This document shows positions 61,368 through 64,000 of a stretch of DNA of 64,000 nucleotides, piece after piece. Made by a program: the position numbers and the translations under genes. Every line of letters begins with the position of its first letter. The stretch's first letter is position 1. The notes under the pieces are model-generated. The model was not told the DNA's origin and made no database searches. It was given only the letters and a program-made list of their open reading frames with translations. The DNA lies in contig OZ024741.1 of NCBI GenBank assembly GCA_964016885.1, positions 275,590,001 through 275,654,000 on the forward strand, in the 5' to 3' direction. The DNA is from Eledone cirrhosa (Eukaryota).

Positions 61368-61508
61368 AATAGCAAAATATTTTAGCTTTTGGGGCGAAAA
61401 ATGAGATTACCGCCCAGCTGACAATTCAGTCTGGGGGTTAATCTACGAAACTGTATTTTTTAACAAAAGGTTTCTGTTTTTTGCATGCAAAATTAACAAA
61501 AAACTTAC

Positions 61509-61535
61509 CAGCAAAGTTGTACACGTCCAGACTAT
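61509..61535 (-). CDS. Candidate 27-nt frame-preserving microexon of HECTD2
   Basis: Long pyrimidine tract-ctcag|ATAGTCTGGACGTGTACAACTTTGCTG|gtaagtttt; phase 1-1, no stop, compatible with the next exon. Confidence 0.55.
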
Positions 61536-62018
61536 CTGAGATAGATAGACAGACAGATAGGTAGATATATAGATAAAGAAAGAAAGGAAGGAAGAAAGAA
61601 AGACAGACAGAAAGAAAGACACACAGGCACACACACACACACACACACACATATATAAACAAGTTCAAATAAGTTGAGAGTACAACTGTATATATGGCCA
61701 AGAAAATTTAAAGCTCAATATGATTTTATAGTCCACAATATGAAGAGTAATAAACAATCTAAAGTTTAATCCAATGGGTAAATTCCAATCCCACTAGCGA
61801 TACACATTCATAGAGAAATATATATATATAAAACAAATAATAAAACAAGAATTATTATTAAAACATTTAATATACTTATGACCGTTTCAATAAACTAACC
61901 AGGAAAGAAACTTCAGTGGTAGAGATGTTTTGATTTTGTAAGCAAAGTTGTAAATAACGTTTAAGATGTATTAGAGAAAACGTTAAAAATTATATATATA
62001 TATATGTGTATATATATG

Positions 62019-62104
<86 letters not shown>

Positions 62105-62109
<5 letters not shown>

Positions 62110-62727
62110 AAAAGGTAACACACTAGAGAGAGATAGTGAGCCATCAATAAAACAGGGAAAAACCACCAGTCTATGGAATCTATAACCTATGAAAGGCAGG
62201 GTAGACACACAATAATTAAAAATATAAATTAAAGTGTATATACATACCTCTATAACTATATAACACACGTACAAATCCAAAGAGATCTGTTTCGCCAATA
62301 AGTTGTTGACAGAAATGAAATAGCCCATGGTTCATCAGCGTGTGTAAGGCTATACATTTCAGACAACTCTAAGAGAATTTAAAGCGACTGTCCAGTTACA
62401 CGTGGGAGAGAGAAGTCACAGCGTGTTTAGGGCAGTGAACCAGTCAACAAATTATTGGTGAAACAGATCTCTTTGGATTGTGTTATATAGTTATAGAGGT
62501 ATGTATTTACACTTTAATTTATATTTTTAATTATCGTGTGCCTTCCATAGGTTATAGATTCCATACACTGGTGGTTTTTCCCTGTTTTATTGATGGCGCA
62601 CTATCTCTCTCTAGTGTGTTACCTTTTCAACATATTGTATTTTAAAGAGCTCAGGATTCCTTCTCCTTTGAGCACATTATTGACAGGGAATAGCGAGAGT
62701 CTTTGGCTCCGTTAATTTATCGTGATA
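62105..62727. mobile_element. Second copy of the 30933-31812 retrozyme-like family, fold-back; intact-core HHR at 62263-62345(-)
   Basis: 62105-62310 is approximately the reverse complement of 62443-62632; acacacg-CTGATGA-accatggg...ttattggc-GAAA-cagatc-tctttg-gatttg-TA-cgtgtgt. Confidence 0.8.
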
Positions 62728-62990
62728 TATATATATCTTCTAGCATTTTAAGGGGTTCGTCGAGCTGCGGATTACAGAGTCGGGTAAGATCGATACAGAT
62801 CGAACCTTGAGCTGATCAGTGGCGAAATGTGTGTCACCAACCAATAAATGTAATGAAGGAGTAACCAATCGTCCTTGTTATCTTTTCAATATAATACACT
62901 CTGTATAGCTCTACACCCCGACACAGAAGTGAACCTAAACATCGAGTCCTCACCCGGGTGAACCTACAGTAACTCCAAGCTACACTCCCT

Positions 62991-63044
<54 letters not shown>

Positions 63045-63049
63045 TTATA

Positions 63050-63855
63050 TGTAAATGTGGTTGGTGTTAGGAAGGGCATCCAGCTGTAGAAAACCCGCCA
63101 GACAGTCCTACGCGAGCAAGACAATCACTCTTGCCTCAAGTGGGAAAACTCCCGTCCAAACCCATGCAAGCGTGGAACACGGACGTTAAACGATGATGAT
63201 GATGATGATGATGATATATATATATCATCATCATCATCATCATCACCGTTTTATGTCCGTTCTTCCACGCTAGCATGGGTTAGATGGGTTGTCCTGTTGT
63301 GGGCAGTGTCTGGTCGGCTGACCATGCCTTGCTCATACAGGAACTGATTTGGCTTGATTTCTACAGCTGGATGCCCTTCCTAACACCAACCTCATTTACA
63401 GTGAGTGCTGGGTGCTTTTTCGTGGTGCCTACACGTCCACTTTACAGTGTGGGTTGGGTGCTTTTTTGCCGTGGCACCTCCACGACCACCTTGCAGTGGG
63501 GGGTGTGGGGGCATATTGTCTATATGCTTCAGCTTGTACCCATGGGAGGTTGGGTACTCTGTATTACTGCGTGACGCCAGAGGTCACGGTCGTGTGTCAT
63601 CGCCTTTGAGAGGTGTAATTGGGTAAGGTCGGCTTTTACCACCTCATCCCAGGTCATCTTGGGTCTCCCCACTCCGTGGTTTCCATCGACTTCTAGTGTT
63701 CTGCACCTTTTTATGCAGCTGTCATCCTTCATACGCATCACATGTCCATACCAACGCAACCGCCTCTCCTGCACACAGCATTTGATTCCTCTTATGCTCA
63801 GTCTCTCTCACAATTCATTTATGCTTTGTCGTTCGCATATATTACTATTACACAT

Positions 63856-63860
<5 letters not shown>
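63050..63860. mobile_element. RTE 3'-UTR copy (63050-63215 +) tail-to-tail with an RTE LINE 3' end (63225-63860 -)
   Basis: [26 protein letters not shown]; facing (GAT)n/(ATC)n tails. Confidence 0.85.
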
Positions 63861-63941
<81 letters not shown>

Positions 63942-64000
63942 ATATATATATTTATATATATTTATATATATATATGTATATATATATATATGTATATATA

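Noticed and set aside
62808-62850. Hammerhead at CTGATCA-gtggc-GAAA-tgtgtg-TC
   Set aside because: Only the 3' half is plausible (CpG-decayed GAAAcgcgcgTC); no stem II or stem I pairing

Overview
This is an AT-rich, repeat-saturated animal genomic window. The SINE/RTE families and microsatellite load suggest an octopod cephalopod (inference). The right half (~31.9-64 kb) holds the 3' part of a minus-strand HECTD2-like E3 ubiquitin ligase gene. I could join 12 coding exons in frame through to the stop codon. The gene includes a U12-type (minor) intron with a minisatellite of U12 branch-site motifs, and a candidate 27-nt microexon separated from the next exon by two nested Tx1 LINEs. The left half (1-31.9 kb) is an intergenic field of kilobase-scale (TA)n arrays with periodic G or C interruptions. 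Penelope-like elements (PLEs), RTE and CR1-group LINEs are nested in these arrays. Across the window I read about 19 intact or decayed hammerhead ribozyme (HHR) motifs. They sit in PLE termini, in small fold-back elements, and in two non-coding ~510-540-nt repeat families that are tandem or circularly permuted (retrozyme-like). Most long ORFs in the supplied track are microsatellite artefacts. All family assignments come from motif recognition by eye; no database searches were run.
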